Of a stretch of DNA of 64,000 bases, positions 1 to 12,273 are shown in pieces. Numbering within the stretch: position 1 is the first letter of the stretch; each line of letters starts with the position of its first letter. Made by a program: the position numbers and the translations under genes. Source of the stretch: a virus (Duplodnaviria; Caudoviricetes); the IMG/VR virus record IMGVR_UViG_3300002220_000322, positions 38,860 to 102,859 of that record. One strand, written 5' to 3'. The notes beneath the pieces were generated by a model. It was not told the DNA's origin. It ran no database searches and was given only the letters and a program-made list of their open reading frames with translations.

Positions 1-3000
1 ATAGGAATAAAAAGACTGAGCCAAATAAAACAAGATTTAGATATATCTATATCAGAATTAAATTCTATAGGAATGGACTCTTCTTTAGTAGAGTCTTTAA
101 AAAATATATTAAATAAGACTTTTTACCAAAAAGATAGGACACAAGATATATTCTATAATATAAACTTTGATTCAGAAGTAAATGATTCTTTAGTAGTTTT
201 ACCAGAAGAAAGTAACTCCCCTATTATATTTTATAATGGAATGAATGACATGTCTCTTTTTATGGGAACATTTAAATATCTTGGAACTAAATTATCTATT
301 GAGGAGTTAGTAAATATTATAAATGATTATAATAAGGAACTAATAAATAAAGAAGGTAAGGAAAGTAAAAATATAATAGATACTAATAATTTAACAGTTA
401 ATGATTTTTTTATAGGTAGTTTTAAAGAAACTAATAAAGGAATTGAGTTTAATGATCCTGAAATAAATAAAGTATTTAGATTCAAAAAAAATGCAGAAAC
501 TACTATAAACTCTATTATATCTTTAATTTCTTCTAAAATATCTGATTCTGAAACAAATATAAAAAAATTAGAAAAAGACTTCAAACGCTTATTTAAATTT
601 ATAGATCCAGATAAATATGGTAAAGGGGTAGATTCTATTGAACAAAGTATAATAAATAATTATGATATAGAACAAAAGGAAAATAAGCAACTTACTAATG
701 AAATAAAAGCAAAGGATATATTAAGTTATATAAGTATAAAAAATAGAGATTATCATTACTCTAGGCCAATAGTCAAAAAGGGACTAGATAATGAAGAAGA
801 TATGTATACATATCTATTAAATAATGTATCTAAGAATAGAGACTTACTATCTGTAACTATATTAAATAAAAATAAGTCTGTTTTTAATAAATTACTAGTA
901 CCTACAGAATTTCATATAATTTCTGGAGGAATAAGAGTAGTAGGATTCTATGAATCTGGTGGGGAGATTGTTTGAGAAAAAAGAGGATTTATATTTTTAA
1001 ATAAAGGAGAAAGTGAAATATCTCATAGGCAACTCTTAGAGGAAAATCCTATAATATATACTACAAATGCTGAAGAACTATCAAGTGATAATTCTATAGT
1101 AATAATATCCCCAGAAGACGATTTTTTACCAAAAGAATTAGTAGCAGAGGCTTCAGTTAGAGGAGGAAGAATAGTTTTTAGTACAGAAAAAAGTCCAAAT
1201 AAAGAAATAAGTTCAGTAATTAGGGGAGTATATCCAGGAGTTATAAAAGGAAATTCTATAAGAACAAAAGCCGGATCCTTGGAAGAAATATCAATATCTA
1301 CGGAGAGAGTTAAAAGACTTAAGACTGATAAAAGTTTATTTGAAGACGAATTTACAGAAGGGGAAATAGATAGAATGTCTTTTCTAAGATCTTTGGATAC
1401 TATAATTCCTACTAGAGACTTTATACCAGTAGAAAAGGGAGATTATATAGAAACCACAGTAGAGAGAAATGATAAAAAAAGTAAATTATATAATAAAATA
1501 GTAGCAACTTCTGATAAGGATGTTTATATATTAATTAAAACTTCTAAGGGAAATTATTCTGTAAAGCCTATAAATAAAAACTTAATATCTAAAATCTTTA
1601 AAAAGCCCATATCATTAGATATAGGTATAGTAAAAAAAGTAGGAAGTTTTCATAGAAAGGTTATAAATGATAAATCTATTTCTAAGGATAAGTTTTCTGC
1701 CATAGATTCTTATGAAGCGGCCAAGAAGGACGATTATTTAGTTAGTTATAGTAACGGAATTTATACTATATATAAAATAACTAATAAAGAAAATAGAGAA
1801 GGTATAGAAATTATATTAAAAAATGATGTAGAAATATCAAAAAAGTATTCTAGATTACCCGAAGAACTAAATAATTATTTTATAGTAACTAACAGAAATA
1901 TATACTCAGAACATGCTATAGATATAGCTGAAAAAAATAATATATTTTTAACAACTGAAGTTAAGCAGGAAGAAAGTATAGAATATATACCTATACAGTA
2001 TTTTGTGCCAAAAGATTATAAAATAGAGGATTTAACTATATTAGGATCTGGAATTTCTTTAGAGGGTAAAATATATATGCCTAATATTAGTGATCCTATA
2101 GACGAGAAAATATATAAAGACATAACTAAAGATTTGGCTAAGTACTTAAATGAAAAAAGAAAGATAAAAGGAGAAGATAAATTATATATAAAGTCTAGAA
2201 ATAATTATTATCTTAGATATAATGCCTCTTTGTATCAAACAGATTTTACTACTGACACTTCTTTTAAAGAGAAATATCTAAAAGAACATTCATTTGTTAC
2301 TCTGAAAAATCCTAATAATCCAGATAAATCAGGATCTAAAACATATAGAATTATAGGAAGGTCTGATACTATATTGACTTTAGAATATGCAGTTTTTAAT
2401 GACGAAGGTAAGCTTCTATCTATACAAAAGAAGCTTGATTTATCTAAAGAAGAAGATAAAAATAGCATTAAATGACTATATGTAATGAAAGGAAGCATTA
2501 GTCATAAGGAAATGACTGCTAGAATAAAAGAAAAAGAGTTATCTAGCCAACCAAAAACTAAGGAAGTCATAAAAGAGAGAAAAGAACTTTTATCTTCTAT
2601 CTCTCAGCAATTTATGAATATATTTAAAGTACCTTCTACAATAGTGTCTAATATAGGAAAGCCTGAATTATCTAAGAAAAAAGCATGAATTCAAGCAAGT
2701 ACAGATAATAAACCTATAATTTACCTTAATTTTGATAATAAAAACACAGACGAACATGATGTAGTACATGAATACTTGCATTTATTCTTAATGCCCCTAA
2801 AGTATAAAGAATTAGGAACTGGAGAGATAAATCTATACGAGGATTTAATGTTAAAATATAAAGAAAGTTATAAAGATAAAAAAGAAGGCAAAGACAAAGA
2901 CTTTATATTAAACTCAAATGATTGGTCTAAGATAGAAGAATATTTTGTAAGAGATGTATCTAAAGCTATAGTAGAGGGAGGAATAGAAGGAGTTATAGAT

Positions 3001-3231
3001 TACGGAACTTTTGTAAAGGCGTTTAATGAATCTTTATACTCTCTTGGTATAGAAGATTTATCTATAGATACTACTAATTTAGTATCATTATTAACTACTA
3101 GAATGTCTGAGATATTTAAAGGTACTAAAAGTAAATTAGCAAAAAGCGAATTAATATTATTTGATGCTAATTTTAGAGAGTGACTATCTAATAATCTTTC
3201 TAATGGAAAGTTAAAAATAAATTGCGAATAA
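1..3231 (+). CDS. 3' part of a giant crAss-type virion protein, TGA=Trp, with a zincin-like HExxH motif (5' end outside window)
   Basis: ORFs 73, 1279, 2485 and 2776 share one frame, broken only by TGA at 973, 2473, 2686 and 3181. First TAA at 3229-3231. HEYLH at 2767-2781. Confidence 0.8.
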
Positions 3232-3232
3232 T

Positions 3233-6200
3233 ATGGCATGTGAATATGAAATAGCCGGAGTTAAAAATAGTTTAAATTTTGGAGAAGTAATAAAATATTA
3301 TTATAAATCTACTGGGTTACTCGCTAATACTAATATATTTAGTAGTGAGGAAATAGTAGCCAGTGTTTATAGTAGAATACAAAAACAATTAGATAAACAA
3401 AATTTAAAACAAGAAGTATCAGATGATAAAGAAGTATTATCTAAGGGCAAAGGTAAGGTGGCTGTATTAGATTATATTACAAGTCAAAATAATACTGATG
3501 TATATAAAAAAATAGGGTTAGATAAAGATAGACTAGTACCAGAATATAATAAGGATAATTATATATTAAATGAGACTAAAAGAAGGATAAGACAGGATGG
3601 TTTTCCTGCTCCTGAAAAAGACTCTTTAAAAGATATTTTGGAAAAATATCCACAGGCTTCTAAATATGTATCTGAAATAGAAGAAGAAATATTTATAGGA
3701 GAACAAACTAAGAATCTAAGTTTAGGTATCCATAATATACTAGCTAGGATATTTAGAGAAGAAGGAGAAGTTAGTGATTATACCAGAGGAATGCTTCGTA
3801 AATTAATAATAGACAATCAAGATTATTTACATGGAGATATTGATTTATGAGTAGATAAATTTATTTCTATATTTGATAATTTATATGAAAAGATAACTGC
3901 CAAAGGAGAGAGAGTATTAACTGAAGTAGTATTAGAATCAGAAGAAGCTGCCCTAGCCCAAGTAAGGGGTAAAATAGATATACTAACCATTGATAGTTCT
4001 GGAAGAACTCATATATATGATATAAAACTATCAAAAGACCTATATGAAGATTGAAGCTCAGAAAGAATTTTACAAACTGATTATCAATTAGCTTTTTATA
4101 GAGCATTATTAGGACAATATGTAAAAACTGACGATGCAACTCTAAATATAATACCTATTAGATTAGGAGGACTAAATGCAGATAAAAAAATAGATGTAAA
4201 TAATCTAGTATTGGATAAGATAGTAGATAGACTTTCACAAGAGGGGGGTAAAGGATTATTAGTAACAGGAAGGATTTATAAAACAGCTAGATTATTAATA
4301 CCCAGTACTACTGAACTATTTTATGATCCAGAAAAGATAGAAGAAGTTAAATCAGATCTATCTCTTATATTTAAAGACTATAATATAAAAACCTCTGGAA
4401 GTGATTATGATGTAGAAACTTTGCTGGATAAAGCAGTAAAGCAACAAGGAATAACTATGTTTCTAGAAGGATTTGAAGATCCTAGAGCACATATAAGAAA
4501 TAATAGATTATTTATAGATCATAAAGTAGGGGATAGATATAAGACGGAAGAAGAATTAAGGATAGAATATAGACCTATAATAGAAAAGTATGTAGCCTTT
4601 GCAAAAATGTCAGAAAACAATAATGTATCTCAGTTAATGCAAAAAATAATATCTTCTATTGATAAAAATGGGGAAACAATACAGATGATGAATCCAAGAG
4701 ATCAAATTATAGTAAATAATATAGCTCATCAATATATAAATGGAGATTATGATGTAGTCAGAGGTTCAGATGAGTTAGTTTCTTTAGGTATTATATTATT
4801 AAGAAATAAAAAATATGGATCCTATGTACTATTAAATATATCTTCCCATAATCAAAAGGATAATTATGATAATAAATGGTTATATAGAGATGTAGATTTT
4901 ATAAAAGCAATGGCTTTTTTAAATAGATACCATAAAGACCTAGACTTAGATTTTAATAAAGTACAAGACATAATAACTTATAATCCTTTAGAAAACCAAA
5001 TATTTTATAAACACCTAGAGTCTGGTTTTAGAGAATTTGATGTTCTTATGAAAGAACATGGCCTAACTTTAAATTTAAAAAATTCACATATATTGCCAGC
5101 AGAAAAGAAAGCTTCTATAGAAATTAGGGAAGCGCAAAGATATATATCTAATAAATTGTCAGAGGGAGACAAGGCTTCACTAAAATCAATACTTGATAAA
5201 TATTCTGAGCAAATAGAAGACTTGACAGTAGAAAGACTGAAAAATATGGTTAAAGATTTTATAAAAGCTTTTCCTAATTTAGAAAAAAAATCTTTTGAGT
5301 CAGGATTTGACTTTAATAATCATATAGAATATCTATTCGGAATGATTAATACACTACTTCTAATAAAAGCTGAACAAATTCCTATGGGAGATTATACTGG
5401 ATTAAATAATTTTAATATTAATTTTTCAAGTATATATGATATATTTTCTGGCTTCTTTAAGAATACTAGAGAATACGACGCAAAAGAAAAAAGAATATTA
5501 TCTTTTATGGATGGTTTAAAAATGGCTACCCCAGATAGAATAGGATCTAAAGATTTACAGAATATAAATATAATGTTATCTGGTACTAACTCTTTTATTA
5601 GACAAAGTTTTTATAAACAATCTACTATCATATCTGGACTAACCAGGAAATATTATGATTCTATAAACTATACTAATTGAGAACAAAACTGAGTAGGAGA
5701 TCATAGAACAAAGTTTCAAAATATGTGATTTAAAACTAGTAATGGCAACATTTCTATGGAATGGAGAACTAAAAATCCATATTCAGATTCTTTGGAGGAT
5801 AGTATGACTGAATCGGAAAAAGAATATTTAAAAGGTATTCTCTTTGAAATGAATAAAAGAAAGTTAAATATTCCTAAATCAGAGTTAGATAAAGCAAATA
5901 TAACTACTCTGGAAAGCATGGAAAAAACTATGCCAAGTACTTATCAGAAAATAGTTAAAATGATTGCTGATAAGACATATTTTAAAATGCCCTTAGTTAG
6001 ATCTCAACAAATAGGAAGACATACTTCAGTAATAAGAAAGGGATATGCTCATGCTGTTGATGTTTATAAACAAGAAATGTATAATTCAATAGACTCAAGA
6101 GAATTAGAATCTGATGAAATAAGGAGTCTAAAAGAAAGATTGGGATATTATGAAATGTATAATATTTATGATAGACAGACAGATAAGTTTAAAGAAGAGG

Positions 6201-7876
6201 CTATAGAAACCAAAGGGATAGATTATTTTGAGTTAGATTTAGACGCTATAAGTCATAGACTTACTTTTAATCAAATAAGAAAAGCTCATTTAGACAACAT
6301 TCTTCCTGTTATAAATGCTTATACGTGATGGATGAAAGTACAATCTGGAAAAGCAGGGGAGGATATATCAAAAGAGCTAGAACATGTAAAAAATAGAATA
6401 AAATTAGCTGCAGCAGATGAGTCTATAATAGACCCAGAAGCAGAAGATGTAGTACAGGCAGCTACGGTTGTTAAAAAAATAACTACTGCTGGTATGTTGG
6501 CTTTTAGACCAGCTCTATTTTTAAAAGAGATGACTATAGGACTTTATAAGGGATCTATGCTAGCATTTACTAAAATATACGGAGGAGAAGAACAATTTAC
6601 TATATCAGATTTAGGAAAAGCATTAGGAAAACTAGCAACTATAGATAAAAAATTTGCTAGAGAATGAAATATGATTGATGGAATAAATAATGAATATGGT
6701 TTTGCGAATAGAGACGTAAACTCCTTAGCCCCAAGACTTCAAAGTAATAGAAGGGGTCTACATATGGGCTTAGGTCCGTGAATGTATATTATGAATACTG
6801 TTCCAGATTATTATAATAGATTAGCATTGCTTTTAGCTAAAATGATACATGATGGTTCTTATGATGCTCATGGATTAGACAAAGACGGATATTTGACTTA
6901 TGATCCTAAGAAAGATAAAAGATTTTCTTATTATTTTGAAGTTAGAGATAAGTATAAAGCTGAAGAAGGAAGTGTTGTTAAGTATAAGTCTTCTAATGCA
7001 GATAAATTATATAATAAACAAAAAAGCTTATATAATCTCCTAACAGACCAACTAAACTCTGAAAGAATAAGAATGGGATATGAAAAGTTTAGTGAAGGAG
7101 ATATTGTAGATAAAGCTTATTCTGAATTAGAAAGATCAAGTTATAAATCTTTTGTAGACGGTGTTTATGGATATTATGATGTGGATTCTCAATCTGAAAT
7201 ACATAAAACATGGTATGGAATTTTATATTTACAATTTTTACAATTCTGGCCAGGTAAAATGAATATGTGATTTGCTAGCTCTAAGAAGAAGGGAGTAACT
7301 CCTACCGGAAGATTTGAACAAATGAGTAAAGAAATTGATGGGAAAAAAGTTTTACTTTGAAGAAGAGAAGTTATAGACGAGGAAACTGGAAAAATTACTG
7401 GTTTTGAAATTACTGAAGAAGATACTGGAGACCCTGCATATGAATGAGTAGGTACACCGCAAGAAGGATTGGCTATTGCCCTAATGATGACAGCTAAAGA
7501 TATAGTCACTTTTAATTGAAGTAACATAAAATCTGATGATTTAAGAACTAGAAGAGCTTTATATGGACTTTCTGATGGCTTATTAATGCTTATATTTTTT
7601 GCTATTATTTCTAATTTATTGAAAGCATATAGAGAAGAAAATGGGGATGATGGTATAGACGGAGAAACTATAAGATTTATAGATGCTGTCAATGATAAAA
7701 TATTAAATGAAGCTAATATTTTAGATAATACTTTTGGGGCACTAAGATCTAAACCTGCTTTTTGAACTTATAGTACCAGAGTAGCTGGTAATGTAATAGA
7801 TGTAATAGAGGGAGACAGAACAGCAAAACAAGCTTTAGCTAAAAATATAAGAGCATTTGAATTTTTAGAAGAATAA
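3233..7876 (+). CDS. 1547-aa giant protein (TGA=Trp) with an internal PD-(D/E)xK nuclease-like domain
   Basis: One frame from ATG 3233 to TAA 7874 with 13 in-frame TGA and no TAA/TAG. Motif GKIDIL..HIYDIK..YQLAFY at ~3968-4100. Confidence 0.85.
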
Positions 7877-7930
7877 AAAAAAATAGGGGAGCCCCAGCAT
7901 ATAGCCGAGACTCCCCATTTTTGTTTATTT
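7877..7930. terminator. Bidirectional intrinsic terminator between the convergent gene blocks
   Basis: GGGGAG...CTCCCC stem flanked by an A-run and a T-rich tract. Confidence 0.7.
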
Positions 7931-8198
7931 ATTCATCATATACGTCCATTCGTAGGACTTGTTTTGTATTTAGATCTATAACTGATACTAATTGTAATTT
8001 TAAATTATCTGATGCTTGTTTAATAGCATAGTTTATATCGAAAACTCCCATAGAAATTAATTTCTTTATTTCAGTTAGTTGTTCTGCAGTTAAATCTTTA
8101 TTTTTAGTATCTTTTATATAACCTATTAAAAACTCATTCAATTCATTATCATTTATTTGTCCGGTTTTTAGTATTTTCTTAACTATATCTCTATACAT
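7929..8198 (-). CDS. hypothetical protein
   Basis: ORF in a tightly packed operon. Confidence 0.6.
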   Translation of the reverse strand: MYRDIVKKILKTGQINDNELNEFLIGYIKDTKNKDLTAEQLTEIKKLISMGVFDINYAIKQASDNLKLQLVSVIDLNTKQVLRMDVYDE

Positions 8199-8607
8199 AT
8201 TTTTTCTGTATTATAACTTCATAATTCTTAATATTAACTTGTATAAGAGATATTTCAAGCTCAGACATAGTATTTATAGGTTCTTTAAGAACATATTTTA
8301 TATTATCCATTATTTTTCTAATATCTTGTGGAGATACAACGAGAGATATACTTTTTTTATGTTTAAAATAATACCATTCTTGTTTGTTATCTCCTTCATA
8401 TTCACCTTCCCCAATAATTTTAAGAGTCTTTTTATCTACAGCCCAGGTAATTTCTCCTTCATATATATCTACATCATCATCTGAAGTAAATTTAAAATTG
8501 GCATATAAATATGGATATAAGTTAGCTACTTCTTCTGGAAGTTCAATAATAGAACCTACCTTTTCACTGTTAGGAAACTCATTAATTAATTTATATTTTT
8601 TTAACAT
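8191..8607 (-). CDS. hypothetical protein
   Basis: ORF in operon. Confidence 0.6.
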   Translation of the reverse strand: MLKKYKLINEFPNSEKVGSIIELPEEVANLYPYLYANFKFTSDDDVDIYEGEITWAVDKKTLKIIGEGEYEGDNKQEWYYFKHKKSISLVVSPQDIRKIMDNIKYVLKEPINTMSELEISLIQVNIKNYEVIIQKKYV

Positions 8608-8608
8608 A

Positions 8609-9220
8609 TTAAGGTATATATAAATTTGTTGGATTGTTTCTATGAATTTCTACTTCTGGATATCTTTTTACGAATTCTCTTGTATCAAAAGGCTTTGTAA
8701 TTAAGTGATATCCTACTTTAGTTGGTAATACAGCTAAAATTTTAGAAGGAGAACCAAATAAGGTATGTTTTTCTATAGGCTCACATTCTAAATTTATAAA
8801 CGACATCATAATAGGACTAATTTCTTTAGAATCTACGTCTAAAATCCAAATTCTATCATCGGTATTAGCTACTCCACATGCTGTATTATATGCTGTTGCA
8901 ACATTATGAAAGTTTCTATTATGTAATTGCTCAGATATTTTCTTAAGAGTATTAAAGGCGGTTTTATAAAAACTTCTTTTATTTAAGTTTATTCCAACTC
9001 TAGCATTAAATATATTTGCCAAAGCAATCATTTCCTCTTTATATTTTTCTAATTGTTCGACAGATTTAATATAATAAGCTTTAATTAACCTATTATTGTT
9101 ATTAGTTCCTTTTATAACTCCTGGATTATCTTTTTTTCTTTGTAAAATTTGAACAAAGTAAAAATCATCCTCTGATTCAAACTTTAATAATTTTTTTATT
9201 AGATTAAAATTATCAACCAT
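8609..9220 (-). CDS. Phage protein, possible AEP/PrimPol-like fold
   Basis: hhhDxD (WILDVD) and TKVGYHLIT motifs. Confidence 0.45.
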   Translation of the reverse strand: MVDNFNLIKKLLKFESEDDFYFVQILQRKKDNPGVIKGTNNNNRLIKAYYIKSVEQLEKYKEEMIALANIFNARVGINLNKRSFYKTAFNTLKKISEQLHNRNFHNVATAYNTACGVANTDDRIWILDVDSKEISPIMMSFINLECEPIEKHTLFGSPSKILAVLPTKVGYHLITKPFDTREFVKRYPEVEIHRNNPTNLYIP

Positions 9221-9474
9221 TACATATATTTTTCGAGGATTCTAACAATAGCGGCTTTTACTTTATATCCATAAAAATCTTCTTTCTTTTCTCCGTCTAC
9301 CTCAATAATTACATAAGGTACAGCCTTAATTCCAGGATTTAACTCTGGATTTTTTTCTATATCTATTTTTTCAACAACAACATTTTCATATTCTTGTTCT
9401 ATCTCTTTAAGCACTGAGGCTAAGTTTTTACATGGGGCGCACCATGTAGTATAATAGTCAATGATTTTTATCAT
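9220..9474 (-). CDS. thioredoxin
   Basis: WCAPC active site and cis-Pro motif AVP. Confidence 0.9.
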   Translation of the reverse strand: MIKIIDYYTTWCAPCKNLASVLKEIEQEYENVVVEKIDIEKNPELNPGIKAVPYVIIEVDGEKKEDFYGYKVKAAIVRILEKYM

Positions 9475-10151
9475 ATATTTAATATTAAAGGTTCTTCCAT
9501 ATAATCTAGGTAATCACAAAACCATACAGTAGAATGTCTAGTATGTAATTTAACTAATTTTTTTACATGAGTGTGTCCTACTATTTGAGTATATCCTTTT
9601 AAAGGTTTTTTCAATTCCTCCTTATCACACCAAAAGATGCCCCCGATAGGAAAACTTCCCCACCTTCTATACCCAACTTGGTTTAGAGCGATATCTTGAT
9701 TTCTATCTTTTGGGTTATTTAATTGGTCTGCTATATTACTTTGAATATCTCCTTTAAAATAATGAGTAAACCAATAATCTTGAATACCAGCATGAGTAAA
9801 AATATACTTTCCTTTCTGGAAAGCATTTTGAAAAAGGCTTTTATTCTCTTGAAAAATGTCATGTACATCAAAACTTATTTCATGGCGCATACCAGAACAC
9901 GAAAAATTCTTTTCTCCCAATCTTAAATATGCTATGTCGTGATTACCTAATAGAGTAATAACTTTATCTTTATTATCTAGTTTAAATTGAATAATATCAT
10001 TTAAGTTATTAATCATCTCAATATTTGAATGTGTAAAAGAATCTACATAATCCCCTAAAAAAACTATTAAATCACTGGTTTCTTGTATAAATTTTTTCCA
10101 AATATTTTTACAGTGAATATCTGGTATAACATTAATTTTAAAATTATTCAT
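9471..10151 (-). CDS. calcineurin-like metallophosphoesterase
   Basis: DIH, GDYVD, GNHD, THAG and GHTH motifs. Confidence 0.9.
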   Translation of the reverse strand: MNNFKINVIPDIHCKNIWKKFIQETSDLIVFLGDYVDSFTHSNIEMINNLNDIIQFKLDNKDKVITLLGNHDIAYLRLGEKNFSCSGMRHEISFDVHDIFQENKSLFQNAFQKGKYIFTHAGIQDYWFTHYFKGDIQSNIADQLNNPKDRNQDIALNQVGYRRWGSFPIGGIFWCDKEELKKPLKGYTQIVGHTHVKKLVKLHTRHSTVWFCDYLDYMEEPLILNI

Positions 10152-10208
10152 TTTTATTCATTTTAAAGAAGTATTTTTTTAGTAATGGATTATATTAACT
10201 TTATATAA

Positions 10209-10253
10209 AAAATACCCCTACAGCCCTATATGGATGTGGTAGGGGTATTTTTT
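10209..10253 (-). terminator. intrinsic terminator-like hairpin
   Basis: AATACCCCTAC...GTAGGGGTATT with flanking A and T runs. Confidence 0.6.
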
Positions 10254-10429
10254 ATTAATATTTGTCTTTTGAATTAATATTAAAAAATTCTGAGTATTTA
10301 AATATAATTCTAAAAGTAGTAATTATTATTCCTAAGAAACCAATTATAAACAATTCTACAGTTCCAATAAATATAGCAATTATACTTATAATATAGAATA
10401 TAAGCCATAGAATTAATCCTATTTTCATA

Positions 10430-10666
10430 TTAAGTTAAACTCCATTCATTTTTAATACAATATAATATAGAAATTACTGCTATTTCTTCTACATTATTTT
10501 GATCTGTAGGAGATAATCTTTTATGTATAGAATCTATAAATTCTTCTGGAGAATTACACAACTCTTCAAATAAAATATTACCATGTATCTCGTAAAGTTC
10601 TTTAAGTACGTTAGATAAATTATCAGTTAGTAAGTTTACTAACCAATTAAATTTAGTTTTGTTCAC
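10430..10666 (-). CDS. hypothetical protein
   Basis: ORF in operon. Confidence 0.5.
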   Translation of the reverse strand: MNKTKFNWLVNLLTDNLSNVLKELYEIHGNILFEELCNSPEEFIDSIHKRLSPTDQNNVEEIAVISILYCIKNEWSLT

Positions 10667-10832
10667 TGTTTTTTAATTTTTTTATGTTTTCTCTATTTAT
10701 AGCTATATCTAATTTATTAGAAAGAATATTCTTTTTGTTTTTAATAGCTGTAAATAAAGCTTTAAAACTAACTACTGTATCTAATACTAAAAGTATTAAA
10801 ATTAAAATCAACATCCAAAGTTCCATAACTTT

Positions 10833-11105
10833 TTATTTTAAATTTGTAAATACAGGGTCTGCCTCAGATATTTCAGGATCATATATTGAAGCTGTTGGAT
10901 AAACCCCAGTGGAAGGAATAGGAGAATCAGAAAGGGTACTTTCTATAATCTCTAGATATCCAAATTTTATTTTTTTAGAAAATTTACTTTTAGTATAAAC
11001 CTCCTTTAATAAAGATAAAGCTTCTTCTTTATTACTGGCCTCAACCTGTACAGGAATTTGTACTGTAACAATCCTGTCTTCTTCGCAAATAAATTTATAT
11101 ATCAT
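10833..11105 (-). CDS. hypothetical protein
   Basis: ORF overlapping the ligase stop. Confidence 0.5.
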   Translation of the reverse strand: MIYKFICEEDRIVTVQIPVQVEASNKEEALSLLKEVYTKSKFSKKIKFGYLEIIESTLSDSPIPSTGVYPTASIYDPEISEADPVFTNLK

Positions 11106-12273
11106 ATCTTATTGTTTTAAATACTGGTTGCATAGGAACTCCTCCGTCGCTTAAGGTAAAATACTTTACATCTCCCATTTTACCAATAATACTATCCATA
11201 CAATCTATGTATTCTTCTTTTTCTTCCCTACTACCCATAGGTTTAGCTTCAAATAATTTTCCGTTTTTGGCTTTTAAAACAAAACAAAAATCCTCTGGTC
11301 TCAATCCCTCTTTATAGTCTACTATCTCAAAACTATCCTCTAAATAATCTTTTACTTTTATCCAATCGGAATTTCTTTTTCCTGGCTCATATTTTTTATG
11401 GGGCTTTCTAGCAACTAGTCCTTCAAATCCTTCTGAAACAAATTTATCATGGTATTTTTTAATATTATTCCATCCTTCTAGATAAATATGTTCTACTATC
11501 CTAATACTGGATTCATTTTCAAAATATAATCCCAGGTCTATAAGATCATCAAGTCTTTCATTAAAGTATTTATTAGTATCAACTATATCAAACACCCAAA
11601 ACTCTAATTTATTACAGCGATTTTCCCAGGTTTGTAATCTAGCAGCTCCAGATATTTTTTGTAGAGACCACCCATGAACATAGAGTTCTCCGTCTAAGGC
11701 TATGCCTGTATTATTTTTTAAATACTCTATTAATAATTCATTATTTCTTATGTGAGAGGTAGCAACATCATAATTCTTACCTCCTCTACTTATAGAAATA
11801 ACTTCTCCTTTATCTTCAGACCACTTAAATAAACACCTTACTCCGTCAATTTTTCTGCTACAGAATAGCCCCTTATTAAAAATATTAACAGAACAATCAT
11901 TAGAAGATTTTGCCAACTGGGGCTTTATATTTCCTTCTTGATCTGTTTTTATACTAGGAACTATTGTGTTTAGTTCGTCTTGGGTAATTACATTAAATTT
12001 AGTAGTAGTAAGATTTGATAACTTTTTATATCCCTTATCTAAAGCTTTATTTATTAAAGAATTAAACTCTAATTCAGCCTGCATAAATACAGACCTCTTA
12101 GCTTTACCTCTTTCTATTGTCTTAGTTGGCTGTTCTGTAAATTTTCCGCCAAATTGTCCAGTATTTCTTCTTATATAATAAGTATTACCTTCCTGTTCTA
12201 GAGTAAAAATAGCTACTTGAATTTTATCTCTAGCATTTCTGGTAACCAATACAACTTCATTTTCTACTATCAT
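11095..12273 (-). CDS. ATP-dependent DNA ligase
   Basis: KIDGVRC, LDGELY, FDI, EGLV and WIKVK motifs. Confidence 0.93.
   Translation of the reverse strand: MIVENEVVLVTRNARDKIQVAIFTLEQEGNTYYIRRNTGQFGGKFTEQPTKTIERGKAKRSVFMQAELEFNSLINKALDKGYKKLSNLTTTKFNVITQDELNTIVPSIKTDQEGNIKPQLAKSSNDCSVNIFNKGLFCSRKIDGVRCLFKWSEDKGEVISISRGGKNYDVATSHIRNNELLIEYLKNNTGIALDGELYVHGWSLQKISGAARLQTWENRCNKLEFWVFDIVDTNKYFNERLDDLIDLGLYFENESSIRIVEHIYLEGWNNIKKYHDKFVSEGFEGLVARKPHKKYEPGKRNSDWIKVKDYLEDSFEIVDYKEGLRPEDFCFVLKAKNGKLFEAKPMGSREEKEEYIDCMDSIIGKMGDVKYFTLSDGGVPMQPVFKTIRYDI

Noticed and set aside
1-7876. Pseudogenised structural genes
   Set aside because: Every break is TGA in a single frame, with no frameshifts or TAA/TAG.
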